Below, in pieces: positions 1 to 13,379 of a DNA stretch of 64,000 bases. Each line of letters begins with the position of its first letter. Within the stretch, counting starts at the first letter, position 1. The notes beneath the pieces are model-generated. The model was not told where the DNA came from, made no database searches, and was given only the letters and a program-made list of their open reading frames with translations. A program made the translations under genes and the position numbers. Origin of the DNA: Pristiophorus japonicus (taxonomy: Eukaryota); assembly GCF_044704955.1 (NCBI RefSeq), contig NC_091984.1:147684001-147748000 (forward strand). The letters are read 5' to 3'.

Positions 1-1320
1 TATCTAACTCCATCTTGAATATGTCCAATGAACTGGCATCAACAACTCTCTGCGGCAGGGAATTCCATAGGTTAACAACTCTCTGAGTGAAGAAGTTTCT
101 TCTCATCCAAGACCAAAATGGCCTACCCCGTATCCTAAGACTATGTCCCCTGGTTCTAGACTTCCCCAACATCGGGAACATTCTTCCAGCATCTAACCTG
201 TCCAGTCCCGTCAGAATCTTATACGTTTCTATGAGATCCCCTCTCATCCTTCTAAACTCCAGTGAATAAAGGCCCAGTTGATCCAGTCTCTCCTTATATG
301 ACAGTCCAGCCATCCTTGGAATCAGTCTGGTGAACCTTCGCTGCACTCCCTCAATAGCAATAACGTCCTTCCTCAGATTAGGAGATCAAAACTGAACACA
401 ATATTTCAGGTGTGGCCTCACTAAGGACCTGTACAACTGCAGTAAGACCTCCCTGCTCCTATACTCAAATCCCCTAGCTATGAAGGCCAACATACCATTT
501 GCCTTCTTCACCGCCTGCTGCACCTGCATGCCAACTTTCAATGACTGATGAACCATGACACCCAGGTCTCGTTGCACCTCCCTTTTTCATAATCTGCCAC
601 CATTCAGATAATACTCTGCCCTCGTGTTTTTGCCACCAAAGTGGATAACCTCACATATATCCACATTATACTGCATCGGGCATGCATTTGCCCACTCACC
701 CAACCTGTCCAAATCACCCTGCAGCCTCTTAGCATCATCCTCACAGCCCACACCACCATCCAGTTTAGTGTCATCTGCAAACTTGGAGGTATTGCACTCA
801 ATTTCTTCATCTAAATCGTTAATGTATATTGTAAAGAGCTGGGTCCCAGCACTGAACCCTGCAGCACTCCACTACTCACTGCATGCCATTCTGAAAAGGA
901 CCCGTTTATCCCGGCTCTCTGCTTCCTGTCCACCAACCAGTACTCTATCCACGTCAGTACATTATTCCCAATAGCATGCCCTTTGATTTTGCACACCAAT
1001 CTCTTGTGCGGAACCTTGTCAATAGCCTTTTGAATGTCCAAATACACCACATCTACTGGTTCTCCCTTGTCCACTCTGCTAGTTACATCCGCAAAAAATT
1101 TCAGAAGGTTTGTCAAGCATGATTTCCCTTTCACAAATCCATGCTGACTTGGTCTGATCCTGTCATTGTTTTCCAACTGCTTTACTATTTCATCCTTAAT
1201 AATTGATTCCAACATTTTCCCCACCACTGATGTCAGGCTAACCGGTCTATAATTAACCGTTTTCTCTCTCCCTCCTTTTGTAAAAAGTGGTGTTACATTA
1301 GCTACCCTCCAGTCCATAGG
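1..1320 (-). mobile_element. CR1 LINE ORF2 (RT) fragment running off the left window edge
   Basis: ORFs 811..1338 (NYRPVSLTSVVGKMLESII, PSQHGF) and 386..577 (QRDLGVMVHQSLK) are CR1 RT; frameshifted. Confidence 0.95.
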
Positions 1321-1362
1321 AATCTTGTGCAGTAACATTTTATGTGGCAGCTCATGGGCTCA

Positions 1363-2486
1363 CATCAAAGCACATGGTATTGGGGGTAATGTACTGACTT
1401 GGATAGAGAACTGGTTGGCAGACAGGAAGCAGAGTCGGGATTAACGGTCCTTTTCAGAAGAGCAAGCAGTGAGTAGTGGAGTGCCGCAGGGCTCAGTGCT
1501 GGGACCCCAGCTCTTTACAATATATATTAATGATTTAGATGATGAAATTGAGTGTAATATGTCCAAGTTTGCAGATGACACTAAACTGGGTGGCGGAATG
1601 AGCTGTGAGGAGAATGCTAAGAGTGATTTGGACAGGTTAGGCGTGTGGGCAAACACATGGCAGATGCAGTATAATGTGGATAAATGTAAGGTTATCCATT
1701 TTGGGGGCAAAAACACGAAGGCAGAATATTATCTGAATGGCGGCAGATTATGAAAAGGGGAGGTGCAGCGAGACCTGGGTGTCATGGTTCATCAGTCATT
1801 GACGGTTGGCATGTAGGTACAGCGGGCGGTGAAGAAGGCAAATGGTATGTTGGCCTTCATAGCAAGGGGATTTGAGTATAAGAGCAGGGAGGTCTTACTG
1901 CAGTTGTATGGGCCTTGGTGAGGCCTCACCTGGAATATTGTGTTCAGTTTTGGTCTCCTAATCTGAGGAAGGATGTTCTTGCTATTGAGGGAGTGCAGCG
2001 AAGGTTCACCAGACTGATTCCAGGGATGGCTGGACTGACATATGAGGAGAGATTGGATCAACTGGCCCTTTGTACACTGGAGTTTAGAAGGATGAAAGGA
2101 GATCTCATAGAAACATATAAGATTCTGACTGGACTGGACAGGTTAGATGCGGGAAGAATGTTTCCGCTGTTGGGGAAGTCCAGATCCAGCGGACACAGTC
2201 TTAGGATAAGGGGCAGGCCATTTCGGACTGAGGTGAGGAAAAACTTCTTCACTCAGAGAGTTGTTAACCTGTGGAATTCCATGCCGCAGAGAGTTGTTGT
2301 TCATTGGATATGTTCAAGAGGAAGTTAGACATGGCCCTTGCAGCTAAAGGGATCAAGGGGTATGGAGAGAAAGCAGGAAAGGGGTACTGAAAAAATGATC
2401 AGCCATGATCTTATTGAATGGTGGTGCAGGCTCCAAGGCCGGATGGCCTACTCCTGCTCCTATTTTCTATGTTTCTATGTTTCTAT
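1363..2486 (+). mobile_element. 5'-truncated CR1 LINE (RT, 3' UTR, TTTCTATG tail)
   Basis: SGVPQGSVLGP and FADDTKL motifs; ends in ttttctatgtttctatgtttctat. Confidence 0.95.
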
Positions 2487-3075
2487 CCTCATCCACCCTC
2501 TGTTACCTCATCAAAAAATGCAATCAAGTTAGTCACATGATTTGCCCGTAACCACTCGGTGCTGCCTCTCCGTTATTGGTCCGTGCTTATCCACATGGCT
2601 GCTCATTTTCTCGCGGATTATTGTCCTTGAAGCTCCCTCACCATAATGTTAAACTGCTCAGCCTGTCATTGGCAGCTTTATCCCTCTCCCCTTTTTTGAA
2701 CAAGGGTGTAATATTTACAATCCTCAGTCCCCTGGCACCTGTATCTAATGAGGATTGGACGATTGTGGTCCGCCACTCTGCACTTTCTACCTTTCCCTCA
2801 GTATCCGAGGATGGCTCCTGTCCGCACCGGGTTACTTATCCACTTTAATTATTTCCATCCTTTCCAGTACCTCCTCTTTATCTACTTTTATCATCCAGTA
2901 TCCCAACAGCCTCCTCGTTTACTGTAGTTTGGACAAAGTCCCCTTCCTTGGTAAACACTGGTGCACAGCGTCATTCAGTACCTCAGCGATACCTTCTGCC
3001 TCCACCAATCGATCTGTATTGTGCTCCCTAATCGGCCCCACTGCACCTCTGACAAACCTTTCACTGTTAATATGC
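2487..3075 (-). mobile_element. Old degraded CR1 ORF2 fragment
   Basis: Minus-strand GAVGPIREH...AEGIAEVLND and remnants of the PLFKKG/YRP region. Confidence 0.6.
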
Positions 3076-3089
3076 CGATCGCTGTCCCG

Positions 3090-4718
3090 TCCTTTGTTCT
3101 CCAAAAGGAACGCTGAGGTGCTGCCCCAGGGTAGTGGCAGGGGCTACATGGAGCAAGAACATGTGTCTTCTCTCAGGCTGTGAGCATTCGTCCTGCCCCC
3201 ACTCCCCTCCCCCCACTGCCACTCCCCTCCCCCCACTGCCACTCCCCCCACTGCCACTCTCCCCACTGCCACTCCCCCCATTGCCACTCCCCCTACTGCC
3301 ACTCCCCCCACTGCCACTCCCCCCACTGCGACTCCCCCTTCCCTACCGCCACTCCCCTCCCCCCACTGCCACTCCCCCCCCTCTACCGCCACACCCCCTC
3401 CCCCCGCTGTCACTCCCCCCTCAAACCACTCCCCCTCCCCCCACTGTCACTCCCCCTCCTCCCATTGCCACTCCCCCTCCCCCCACTGCCTCTCCCCCTC
3501 CCTTACCGCCACACCCCCTCCCCCTGCTGTCACTCCCCCCTCAACCCACTCCCCCTCCCCCCACTGTCACTCCCCCTCCTCCCATTGCCACTCCCCCTCC
3601 CCCCACTGCTACTCCCCCTCCCCTACCGCCACTCCCCCTCCCCCCGCTGTCACTCCCCCCTCACCCCACTCCCTCTCCCCCCACTGCCACTCCACTCCCA
3701 CACTTCCCCCACTCCCCTCCCCCCACTACTATTCCACCTCCCCCCACCGCCACTCCCCCTCCACCCACTGCCGCTCCCCCTCCCCCCACTGCCTTTCCCC
3801 CCTCCCCGCACTGCCACTCCACTGCCACCCCAGGCTGAGGTGGGGCAGTCTACAGCCGGGCCCTCTAGGCCCAGAGCTGCTCGAGATGGTCCGGCAAGGC
3901 CATCCGCAGCCTCCCCCACTAAAAGTCATCAGCCTTCCACCACCCATGCTGCAGCCCCTGGGGTAGCACTGTGCAGGAGCACTCACTGGGACAGCCAAAG
4001 ATACACGCAAGGCACCCACTGAGGGTATTCACAACGGGGTTAGTTGAGCTTGTGATGTAATATTGGATGGATTGTTATATAATGTTGGGTTGGAACGTTT
4101 GTGTTGGGGGGGCCTTTATTGTGGCTGTGGGGCCAAGTGCTGGGTGTGATGGTCAGTTAGAGAGGGACAGCAAAGTGTGGGACTATTGGTCAATGGGGAG
4201 TGGGGGTTGGGTTCACTGGTACCACACTCGGAGGATTCGATCACGGACAGCCCGGGCAGAAAGGGGCTTTCTGGGTCACTACTCCCTTCCACTTCATCCT
4301 CCTCTTCCTTTTCCTCCTCCCCAGCTGCTCACTGTACACCTGGTGACAAGGACAGTGCCCTCCTGATGGTCGAGGTTGTGGGGCACTCAGCAGGCCACGG
4401 CCAATCAGGACACATGTTCTGGTGAGTACAGCAGCACTCCTCCAGAGCGGCCCAGGCCGTGGAAGCATTGTTTCAGGACACCAATGTTCTGCTCCATCAG
4501 ATTGTGTGCGGCAGCATGGCTCTCATTGTCCTCATGCTGCCCACGTGTGGTTGGGTTGTGGAGCAGAGTCATGGAGCCCATGGTCAGTGGATAGCCCTTG
4601 TCGCCCAGTAGCCAGCCTCTGGTTTGTCTCGGTGACTCAAAGACTGAGGGGGCAGCGGCCTGGTGCAGAATAAAAGCATTGTGACTGCTGCCAGGATACC
4701 GGGCATTCAGCATCATGA
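3090..4718 (-). mobile_element. Harbinger/PIF DNA transposon remnant (C-terminal transposase fragment about 4290-4716)
   Basis: ORF 4405..4716: ARYPGSSHNAFIL, WLLGDKGYPL, EQNIGVLKQCF, followed by an acidic tail; HARBI1-like DDE nuclease; left boundary approximate. Confidence 0.85.
3196..3830. repeat. C-rich minisatellite (about 15-bp CCCCCCACTGCCACT unit with a 120-bp higher-order period)
   Basis: Direct inspection; sequence rows at 3361, 3481 and 3601 repeat with a 120-bp period. Confidence 0.95.
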
Positions 4719-5059
4719 TACGGATAGAATGGACCCATTTCCCTCAGCAGAGGGGTCAACAACCAGGGGGCATAGATTTAAAGTAATTGGTGGCAGGTTT
4801 AGAGGGGAGATGAGGAAACAATTCTTCACCCAGAGGGTGCTGGGGGTCTGGAACTCACTGCCTGAAAGGGTGAGAGAGGCAGAAACCCTCACCACATTTA
4901 AAAAGTATTTGGATGTGCCCTTAAAGTGCCGTAACCCACAGGGCTACGGACCCAGAGCTGGAAAGTGGGATTAGGCTGGGTAGCTCTTTGTTGGCCGGTG
5001 CGGACATGATGGGTCAAAATGGCCTCCTTCCGTGCTGTAATTTTCTGTGATTCTATGAT
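4719..5059 (+). mobile_element. CR1 3' end (second subfamily, GATTCTAT-type tail)
   Basis: TRGHRFKV...FFTQRVLGVWNSLP and a CR1 3' UTR. Confidence 0.9.
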
Positions 5060-5329
5060 CGTGCTGGTGGTGTTGACCACTTTAAAAGTCACAGCATACA
5101 TTTTATTGAAGCTATTCCCGTCCCCGGTTTCCTCGCTGCCAATAATTGGATCAATCGATGCTGTACGCTTCCTTGTGGTACATCGATATGGGCTCCACCC
5201 AAACCCCTGCTTTCAACCCTTGAACCCACATTGCCTATGCGAGCTGGAGCCCCGCTCCTTCGTCACAGCATCTCACAGCACAGACGGACGCCATTCGGAC
5301 AATCAAACCTGTGCTGGCTCTTTGAAAGA

Positions 5330-5492
5330 GCTATGGACTACTATGGTCTGGACCAATGATCCAGAGACACAAGTTTAAATCCCACCATGGCAGCTGGGGA
5401 ATTTAAATTCAGTTAATTAAATAAATCTAGAATAAAAAGCTAGTGTCAGTAATGGTGACCATGAAACTGCCGGATTGTCGTAAAAACCCATC
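5330..5492 (+). mobile_element. Fragment of a tRNA-derived shark SINE
   Basis: B-box-like gtttaaatcccaccatggcagctgg followed by body gtaatggtgaccatgaaact...gtaaaaacccatc. Confidence 0.6.
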
Positions 5493-5494
5493 AA

Positions 5495-8335
5495 CCTGGC
5501 CTGCTACCTTCAGGGATCTGTGGACATGCATACCCAGGTCCCTTTGTTCCTCTACACCTTTCAGTATCCTGCCATTTAATGTGTATTCCCTTGCCTTGTT
5601 AGCCCAAATGCATTACCTCACACTTCTCCGGATTAAATTCCATTTGCCATTGTTCTGCCCATTTGAACATTTCATTGATATATTCCTGCAGTCTACAGCA
5701 TTCTTCTTCATTATCAACCACACGGCCGATTTTAATATCATCTACAAAATTCTTAATCATATCCCCTACATTCAAGTCTAAATCCTCGATATACACCACA
5801 AAAAGCAAGGGACCTTGTACTCAGCCCTGCGGAATTCCAGGGGAAACAGCCTTCCAGTCACAAAAACACCCATCAACCATTACCCTTTGCTTCCTGCCTC
5901 TGAGACAATTTTGGATCCAACTTTCCACTTTGCCCTGGATCCCATGGGCTTTTACTTTCGATACCAGTCTGTAAAGTGGGACCTGATCAAAAGTCTTGCT
6001 AAAATCCATAGACACTACATCAAACGCACAGCCCTCATCGACCCTCCACACACAGATTATCTTTATGGTCTCAATTAGGCCAATCTCTTTCTTTAATTAT
6101 CCTCCTGCTCTTAATGTATTTATAAAACATCTTTGGGTTTTCCTTGATTTTACTTGCCAAAATGTTTTCATGCTCTCTCTTTCCTAATTTTCTTTTTAAT
6201 TGCACCCCTGCACTTTCTATACTCCTCTAAAGTTCCTGCAGTATTGAGCCCTCGGTATCTGTCATAAGCCTCCATTTTTTACTTTATCCTACACTGTATT
6301 TCCCTCGACATCCAGGGCCACTAGATTTGTTAGCCCCACCCTTTTTCTTTAAGGGAACAGACTTACTCTGAAACCACAGGATTTCCTCCTTGAATGCCTC
6401 CCACTGCTCTGACACTGATTTACCTTCAAGTAGCCGTTTCCAGTCCACTTTGGTCAAATCTCATCTCAGCTCAGCAAAATTGGCATTTCCCCAAATGAGA
6501 AATTTTATTCCTGGTCTATCTTTGTCCTTTTCCATAACTACCCTAAATCTAACTGAATTAGGATCACTAGCACCAAAATTCTCTCCCACTTATACCCCTT
6601 CCACCTGCCCCTCTTCATTCCCCAAAACCAAGTCCAGAACCGTCCCCTCCCTTGTTGGGCTTGTTACATACTGGCTAAAAAAGTTCTCCTGAATGCATTT
6701 TTAGGAATTCCGCACCCTCTATACATTTCACACTAATTTTATCCCAGTTAATATTAGGGTAGTTGAAATCCCCGACTATTACTGCCCTATAGTTTTTGCA
6801 ATTGTCAGAAATGTGCCTACTCTTCTCTCTCCCTCTGACTGTTTGGGGGTCTATAGTACACTCTCAGCAGTGTGATTACCCCTTTTTCGTTCTTCAATTT
6901 GACCTATATGGCCTCATTTGATGATCCTTCCGACATATCATCCCTCCTCACAGCTGTAATTGTTTCTTTCAATTGTTTCACAACTGCGAACTCCTCCTTT
7001 TTTATCCCCTCTCTATTCCATCTGAAAACCCTGTAACCAGGAATGTTGAGCTGCCTTACCTGCCCTTCTTTCAGCCATGTCTCAGTAATAACTATAATAT
7101 CGTACTCCCAAGTGTCTATCTGTGCTCTCAGCACATCTGCCTTATTCCCTATCCTCCATGCATTGAAGTATATACCATTTAGCACTGCCAAACTACCTTT
7201 TTGTCTATTTTCTAGGCTTTGTTTCCTCTGTATTCCAAATTCACTTTCTGCTTTTCTGCTTTCCAATTCCAGCTTTGCTTCTCTCCCCACTGAATCCATT
7301 CTCCGGTTCCCATCACCCTGCCAAGCTAGTTTAAACCCTCCCCAACAGCACTAGCAAACCTCCCGCGAGGATATTGGTCCCGGCTCTGTTGAGGTGTAAC
7401 CCGTCCGACTTGTACAGGTCCCACCTCCCCGAGAAATGGTCCCAATGCCTCAGGAAACTAAAGCCCTCCATCCTGCAACATCTCTCCAGCCACGCATTCA
7501 TCTGCTCTATCCTCATATTTCTGTACTCACTAGCTCGTGGCACCGGGAGTAATCCGGAGATGACTACCTTTGAGATCTTGCTTTTTAATCTCTCTCCAAG
7601 CTCCCAAAACACTGCCTGTAGGACCTCATCCCTCTTTCTGCCAATGTCATTGGTACCGATATGGACCACAACCTCTGGTTGTTCACCCTCCCCCCTCAGA
7701 ATGTACTGTTGCCACTCAGTGACATCCTTGACCCTGGCACCAGGCAGGCAACATACCATCCTGGAGTCACGTCTGCGGCCGCAGAAATGCCTGTCTGTTC
7801 CCCTAACTATCGAATCCCCTACCACTATTGCTCTTCCACTCTTCTTCCTCCCCCCTGTGCAGCTGAGCCACCCGTGGTGCCGTGGACTTGGCTCTGGCTG
7901 CACTTCCTAGAGGAACCATCGCCCCCACCAGTACTCAGAACACAATACTGGTTGGAGAGTGAGATGGACTCAGGGGACTCCTGCACTACCTGCCTGGACC
8001 TCCTCTTCTGTCTGGTGGTCACCCATTCCCTCTCTGCCTGCACACTCTTAAGCTGCGGGGTGGCCACCTCTAGAAACGTGCTATCCACGAAGTTCTCAGC
8101 CTCGCGGATGCACCGCAGTGACTCCAGCCGCCGCTCAATCTCCGAAACGCGGAGCTCGAGTTGCTGTAGCTGGTGACACTTCCTGCACATGTGGTCGTCC
8201 AGGCCACGAGAAGTGTCCAGGACTTCCCACATGCCACAGGATGTGCACTCCACGGGACAGAACTGCCCTGCCATGCCTCGATTTAAAAGACTGAGAACTA
8301 ACTTAGCAGAAATAAACTTAAAACTAAAAAAAAGC
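5495..8335 (-). mobile_element. CR1 LINE retaining its 5' end: ORF1 plus internally deleted ORF2 (EN/RT)
   Basis: EN motifs IYFNAWRI/ITETWL; RT FVDDIKI; ORF1 upstream. Confidence 0.93.
7326..8274 (-). pseudogene. CR1 ORF1p: Cys zinc finger, leucine zipper and SGNH/GDSL esterase domain (frameshifted)
   Basis: CTSCGMWEV...CRKCHQL; LELRVSEIERRLESL; VVGDSIVR, HIGTNDI and DGLHLN esterase blocks. Confidence 0.9.
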
Positions 8336-8437
8336 AAATAATGGCCTGACCTACATCATTCTGGCCATAATTTCTGGATTTGTTCACCCCACTGAGGGCG
8401 AACACCATCGATGGGCCATTAATGGGCCTTAAGTTTT

Positions 8438-9085
8438 CAGCTCAGTCAGCTGTGGCTCAATGGACAGCACACTCACCTCTGAGTCCGAAGGTTGTGGGTT
8501 CAAGTCACATTCTTGAGACTTGAAACGGATAGCGCCCAGTGAGTCGTGTCCGCCTCCTGTGAGCCGTGTCCATGACCATGAGCGGTGTACGTGAGCTGTG
8601 TCCGCGCTGGGCCTGCGGATCATTAACCGGGCCGCACTTCAATTGCGGGGTAAAATTTATCGGGAGGTGCGTGCTGTCGCACCCCGTCATTTGTTTTTGA
8701 CGACTTACCGGTTGGGTCTTTCTGTGCCGATATGGTGGGGTCGATGCCGCAAATGTGCAGCCCGAAACTCGCCCCCGAGCCCACCCCCAGGGGAAGTACA
8801 GAACACCACATTGTGCTCCCTTTCCTGTCAGGTGTCGTGACCCCAATTTTGCTTCCAGGGCGGGATTTCGGTGTGGGAAAAGTTACCGCCCCAAGTGGGG
8901 CAATACGCAATTTGGGCCCATTATCTGGTCATAGTCATATGTGGGAGCTTGCTGTGCACAAACTGTCTGTTGTGTCTCCTCCATTACCGCAGTGACTATA
9001 CTTCAAAAATACTTCATTGGCTGTAAAGCACTTTGGGACATCCTGAGGTGGTGAAAGGCGTTTTATAAATGCCAGTCTTTCTTTC
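8438..9085 (+). mobile_element. SacSINE1-like (Deu-domain) SINE interrupted by a MITE-like insert (about 8527-8920)
   Basis: tRNA-like head gctgtggctcaatgg...gggttcaagtc; tail gctgtaaagcactttgggacatcctgagg...gtctttctttc. Confidence 0.8.
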
Positions 9086-9109
9086 CAATTCAGCTCTACA
9101 TCTTTGAAA

Positions 9110-9415
9110 TCCAAACCCATGGAGAGTGAAGGACAGGTAAAGACCCTGTGGTCCATCCAGCCCGTGCCACACAATTGTGATACCTTGTGTATCACAGTAT
9201 AGACTCTCCACCGCACCCAAAACTACCTGATCTCCTGGGAGAGGAGATAAACCAGGTAAAAAACCCATGGGGGGGAAATAAATCTGGGCAACTCCTCTCC
9301 GACACCCCGCCCCTGCCCCCCACACGCAGGCGATTGAAACTAGTCCAGGAGATCACTGTGGCCCTGAATTCCCTGCAGTAACTACCTTCTGTAAGTGGTG
9401 ATCTCCGCACCGGCC
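9110..9415 (-). mobile_element. Probable CR1-type 3' UTR fragment
   Basis: gtaaagacc...gtccatccagccc and cctctccgac...aggcgattgaaactagtccaggagatcac resemble CR1 3' UTRs; duplicated at 47495-47790. Confidence 0.45.
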
Positions 9416-9507
9416 ACAATCAGGTCCTGCTCTCGCTTATGTCCAGCTCATGGATTTAAAATTACAAGTTTTCCCCACAGTGTCAAGTGCTGTAAATACT
9501 GTGTTAC

Positions 9508-12500
9508 ATAGAAACATAGAAAATAGGTGCAGGAGTAGGCCATTCGGCCCTTCGAGCCTGCACCGCCATTCAATATGATCATGGCTGATCATTCACTCAG
9601 TGCCCCTTTCCTGCTTTCTCGCCACACCCCTTGACACCTTAGCCGTAAGGGCCATATCTAACTCCCTCTTGAATATATCCAATGAACTGACATCAACAAC
9701 TCTCTGCGGTAGGGAATTCCACAGATTAACAACTCTCTGAGTGAAGAAGTTTCTTCTCATCTCAGGCCTAAATGGCCTACCCCTTATCCTAAGACTATGT
9801 CCCCTGGTTCTGGACTTCCCCAACATCGGGAACATTCTTCCCGCATCTAACATATCCCGTCCCGGCAGAATCTTATACGTTTCTATGAGATCCCCTCTGT
9901 TGGGGAGGGGATCAAACTGGAAAATAGGGCTGCATGTAATAAAGGTGCAGTAGTTATCATGGGTGAATTCAATATGCATATAGATTGGGCTAACCAAACT
10001 GGAAGCAATACGGTGGAGGAGGATTTCCTGGAGCGCATAAGGGATGGTTTTCTAGACGAATAAGTCGAGGAACCAACTAGGGGGGAGACCATCTTAGACT
10101 GGGTGTTGTGTAATGAGAGAGGATTAATTAGCAATCTTGTTGTGCGAGGCCCCTTGGGGAAGAGTGACCATAATATGATGGAATTCTACATTAGGATGGA
10201 GAATGAAACAGTTAATTCAGAGACCATGGTCCAGAACTTAAAGAAGGGTAACTTTGAAGGTATGAGGTGTGAATAGGCTAGGATAGATTGGCGAATGATA
10301 CTTAAGGGGTTGACAGTGGATGGGCACTGTCAGACATTTAGAGACCGCATAGATGAACTACAACAATTATACATCCATGTCTGGCGTAAAAATAAAAAAG
10401 GGAAGGTGGCTCAACCGTGGCTATCAAAAGAAAACAGGGATATTATTAAAGCCAAGGAAGTGACAGACACATTGGCCAGAAACAGCAGCGAACCCGGGGA
10501 CTGGGAGAAATTTAGAACTCAGCAGAGGAGGACAAAGGGTTTGATTAGGGCAGTGAAAATAGAGTACGAGAGGAAGCTTACAGGGATCATTAAGATGGAC
10601 TGCAAAAGCTTCTATAGATATGTAAAGAGAAAAAGATTAGTTAAGACAAACGTAGGTCCCCTGCAGTCAGAATCAGGGGAAGTCATAACTGGGAACAAAG
10701 AAATGGCAGACCAATTGAACAAGTACTTTGGTTCGTTATTCACTAAGGTGGACACAAACAACCTTCCGGATATAAAAGGGGTCAGAGGGTCTAGTAAGAA
10801 GGAGGAACTGAGGGAAATCCTTATTAGGTGGGAAATTGTGTTGGGGAAATTGATGGAATTGAAGGCCGATAAATCCCCAGGACCTGATGGTCTGCATCCC
10901 AGAGTACTTAAGGAGGTGGCCTTGGAAATAGCGGATGCATTGAAAGTCATTTTCCAACATTCCATAGAATCTGGATCAGTTCCTATGGAGTGGAGGGTAG
11001 CCAATGTAACCCTACTTTTTATAAAAGGAGGGAGAATGAAAACAGGGAATTATAGACCGGTCAGCCTGACATCGGTAGTGGATAAAATGATGGAATCAAT
11101 TATTAAGGATGTCATAGCAGCACATTTGGAAAGAGGTGACATGATAGGTCCAAGTCAGCAGGATTTGTCACAGGGAAATCATGCTTGACAAATCTTCTGG
11201 AATTTTTTGAGGATGTTTCCAGTAGAATGGACAAGGGGGAACCAGTTGATGTGGTGTATCTGGATTTTCAGAAGGCTTTTGACAAGGTCCCACACAAGAG
11301 ATTAATGTGCAAAGTTAAAGCACATGGGATTGGGGGTCGAGTGCTGTCATGGATTGAGAATTGGTTGGCAGACAGGAAGCAAAGAGTAGGAGTAAATTGG
11401 TACTTTTCAGAATGGCAGGCATTGACTAGTGGGGTACAACAAGGTTCTGTGCTGGGGCCCCAGCTGTTTACATTGTACATTAATGATTTAGATGAGGGGA
11501 TTAAATGTAGTATCTCCAAATTTGTGGTTGACACTAAGTTGGGTGGCAGTGTGAGCTGCGAGGAGAATGCTATGAGGCTGCAGAGTGACTTGGATAGGTT
11601 AGGTGAGTGGGCAAATGCATGGCAGATGAAGTATAATGTGGATAAATGTGAAGTTATCCACTTTGGTGGTAAAAACAGAGAGACAGACTATTATCTGAAT
11701 GGTGACAGATTAATGAAAGGGAAGGTGCAACGAGACCTGGGTTTTATGGTACATCAGTCATTGAAGGTTGGCATGCAGGTACAGCAGGCAGTTCAGAAAG
11801 CAAATGGCATGTTGGCCTTCATAGCGAGGGGATTTGAGTACAGGGGCAGGGAGGTGTTACTACAGTTGTACAGGGCCTTGGTGAAGCCACACCTGGAGTA
11901 TTGTGTACAGTTTTGGTCTCCTAACTTGAGGAAGGATCTTCTTGCTATTGAGGGAGTGCAGCGAATGTTCACCAGACTGATTCCCGGGATGGCGGGACTG
12001 ACCTATCAAGAAAGACTGGATCAACGGGGCTTGTATTCACTGGAGTTCAGAAGAATGAGAGGGGATCTCATAGAAGCATTCAAAATTCTGACGGGTTTAG
12101 ACAAGTTAGATGCAGGAAGAATGTTCCCAATGTTGGGGAAGTCCAGAACCAGGGGTCACAGTCTCAGGATAAGGGGTAAGCCATTTAGGACCGAGATGAG
12201 GAGAAACTTCTTCACTCAGAGAGTGGTGAACATGTGGAATTCCATACTACAGGAAGTTGTTGAGGCCAATTCACTAAATATATTCAAAAAGGAGTTAATG
12301 TAGTCCTTACTACTAGGGGGATCAAGGGGTATGGCGAGAAAGCAGGATTGGGGCACTGAAGTTGCATGTTCAGCCATGAACTCATTGAATGGCGGTGCAG
12401 GCTCGAAGGGCCGAATGGCCTACTCCTGCACCTATTTTCTATGTTTCTATGTTTCTATCCTTCTAAACTCCAGTGAATAAAGGCCCAGTTGATCTAGTCT

Positions 12501-13310
12501 ATCCTCATATAACAATCCAGCCATCCCTGGAATTAGTCTGGTGAACCTTCGCTGCACTCCCTCAATAGCAAGAACGTCCTTCCTCAGATTAGGACACCAA
12601 ACCTGAACACAATATTCCAGGTGAGGCCTCACTAAGGCCTTGTACAACTGAGGTAAGACCTCCCTGCTCCTATACTCAAATCCCCTAGCTATGAAGGCCA
12701 ACAAACCATTTGCCTTCTTCACCACCTGCTGTACCTGCATGCCGACCTTCAAAGACTGATGAACCGTGACACCTACGTCTCATGGCACCTCCCCTTTTCC
12801 TAATCTGCCGCCATTCAGATAATATTCTGCCTTAATTTTTTTGCCTCCAAAAAGAATAACCTCTCATTTATACACATTATACTGCATCTGACTTGCATTT
12901 GCCCACTCACCTAACCTGTCCAAGTCACCCTGCAGCCTCTTAGCGTCCCCCTCACAGCTCACACCGCCACCCAGTTTAGTGTCTTCTGCAAACTTGGAGA
13001 TATTACACTCAATTCCTTCATCAAAATCATTAATGTATATTGCAAAGAGCTGGAGTCCCAGCACTGAGCCCTGCGGCACTCTACTAGTGACTGACTGCCA
13101 TTCTGAAAAGGACCCGTTTATTCCGACACACTGCTTCCAACCAGTTCTCTATCCACGTCAGTACATTATCCCCAATACCATGTGCTTTAATTTTGCACAC
13201 CAATCTCTTGTGCGGGACCCTGTTAAAAAGCCTTTTGAAAGTCCAAATACACCACATCCACTGGTTCTCCCTTGTCCACTCTACGAGTTACATCCTCAAA
13301 AAATTCCAGA
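9508..13310 (-). mobile_element. CR1 (minus; 9508-9897 and 12457-13310) split by a younger plus-strand CR1; left arm only
   Basis: catagaaa tail at 9508; gagatcccctct rejoins atccttctaaactcc across the insert; right arm is uninterrupted (tgtgttacattatcagg). Confidence 0.9.
9898..12456 (+). mobile_element. Relatively young 5'-truncated CR1 (EN C-terminus plus RT)
   Basis: Long ORFs 10295..11188 and 11185..12303 separated by one frameshift; TTTCTATG tail at about 12435-12456. Confidence 0.96.
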
Positions 13311-13379
13311 ATTTTTTATTGTCAGGATTATATTATCAGGGTTATATTCTCACTGTCTGTCATTGTCACAACACTCGCT

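Noticed and set aside
1-2330. Head-to-head CR1 pair resembling a twin-priming inversion
   Set aside because: Both pieces cover the same RT-to-3' region and are diverged, so they are two independent copies
3134-4022. Proline-rich (extensin/formin-like) ORFs
   Set aside because: Open frames arise from the C-rich minisatellite; no splice or start context
8438-8525. tRNA-like sequence (also at about 25490, 48700 and 56830)
   Set aside because: SINE heads with A/B-box remnants, not complete cloverleaves
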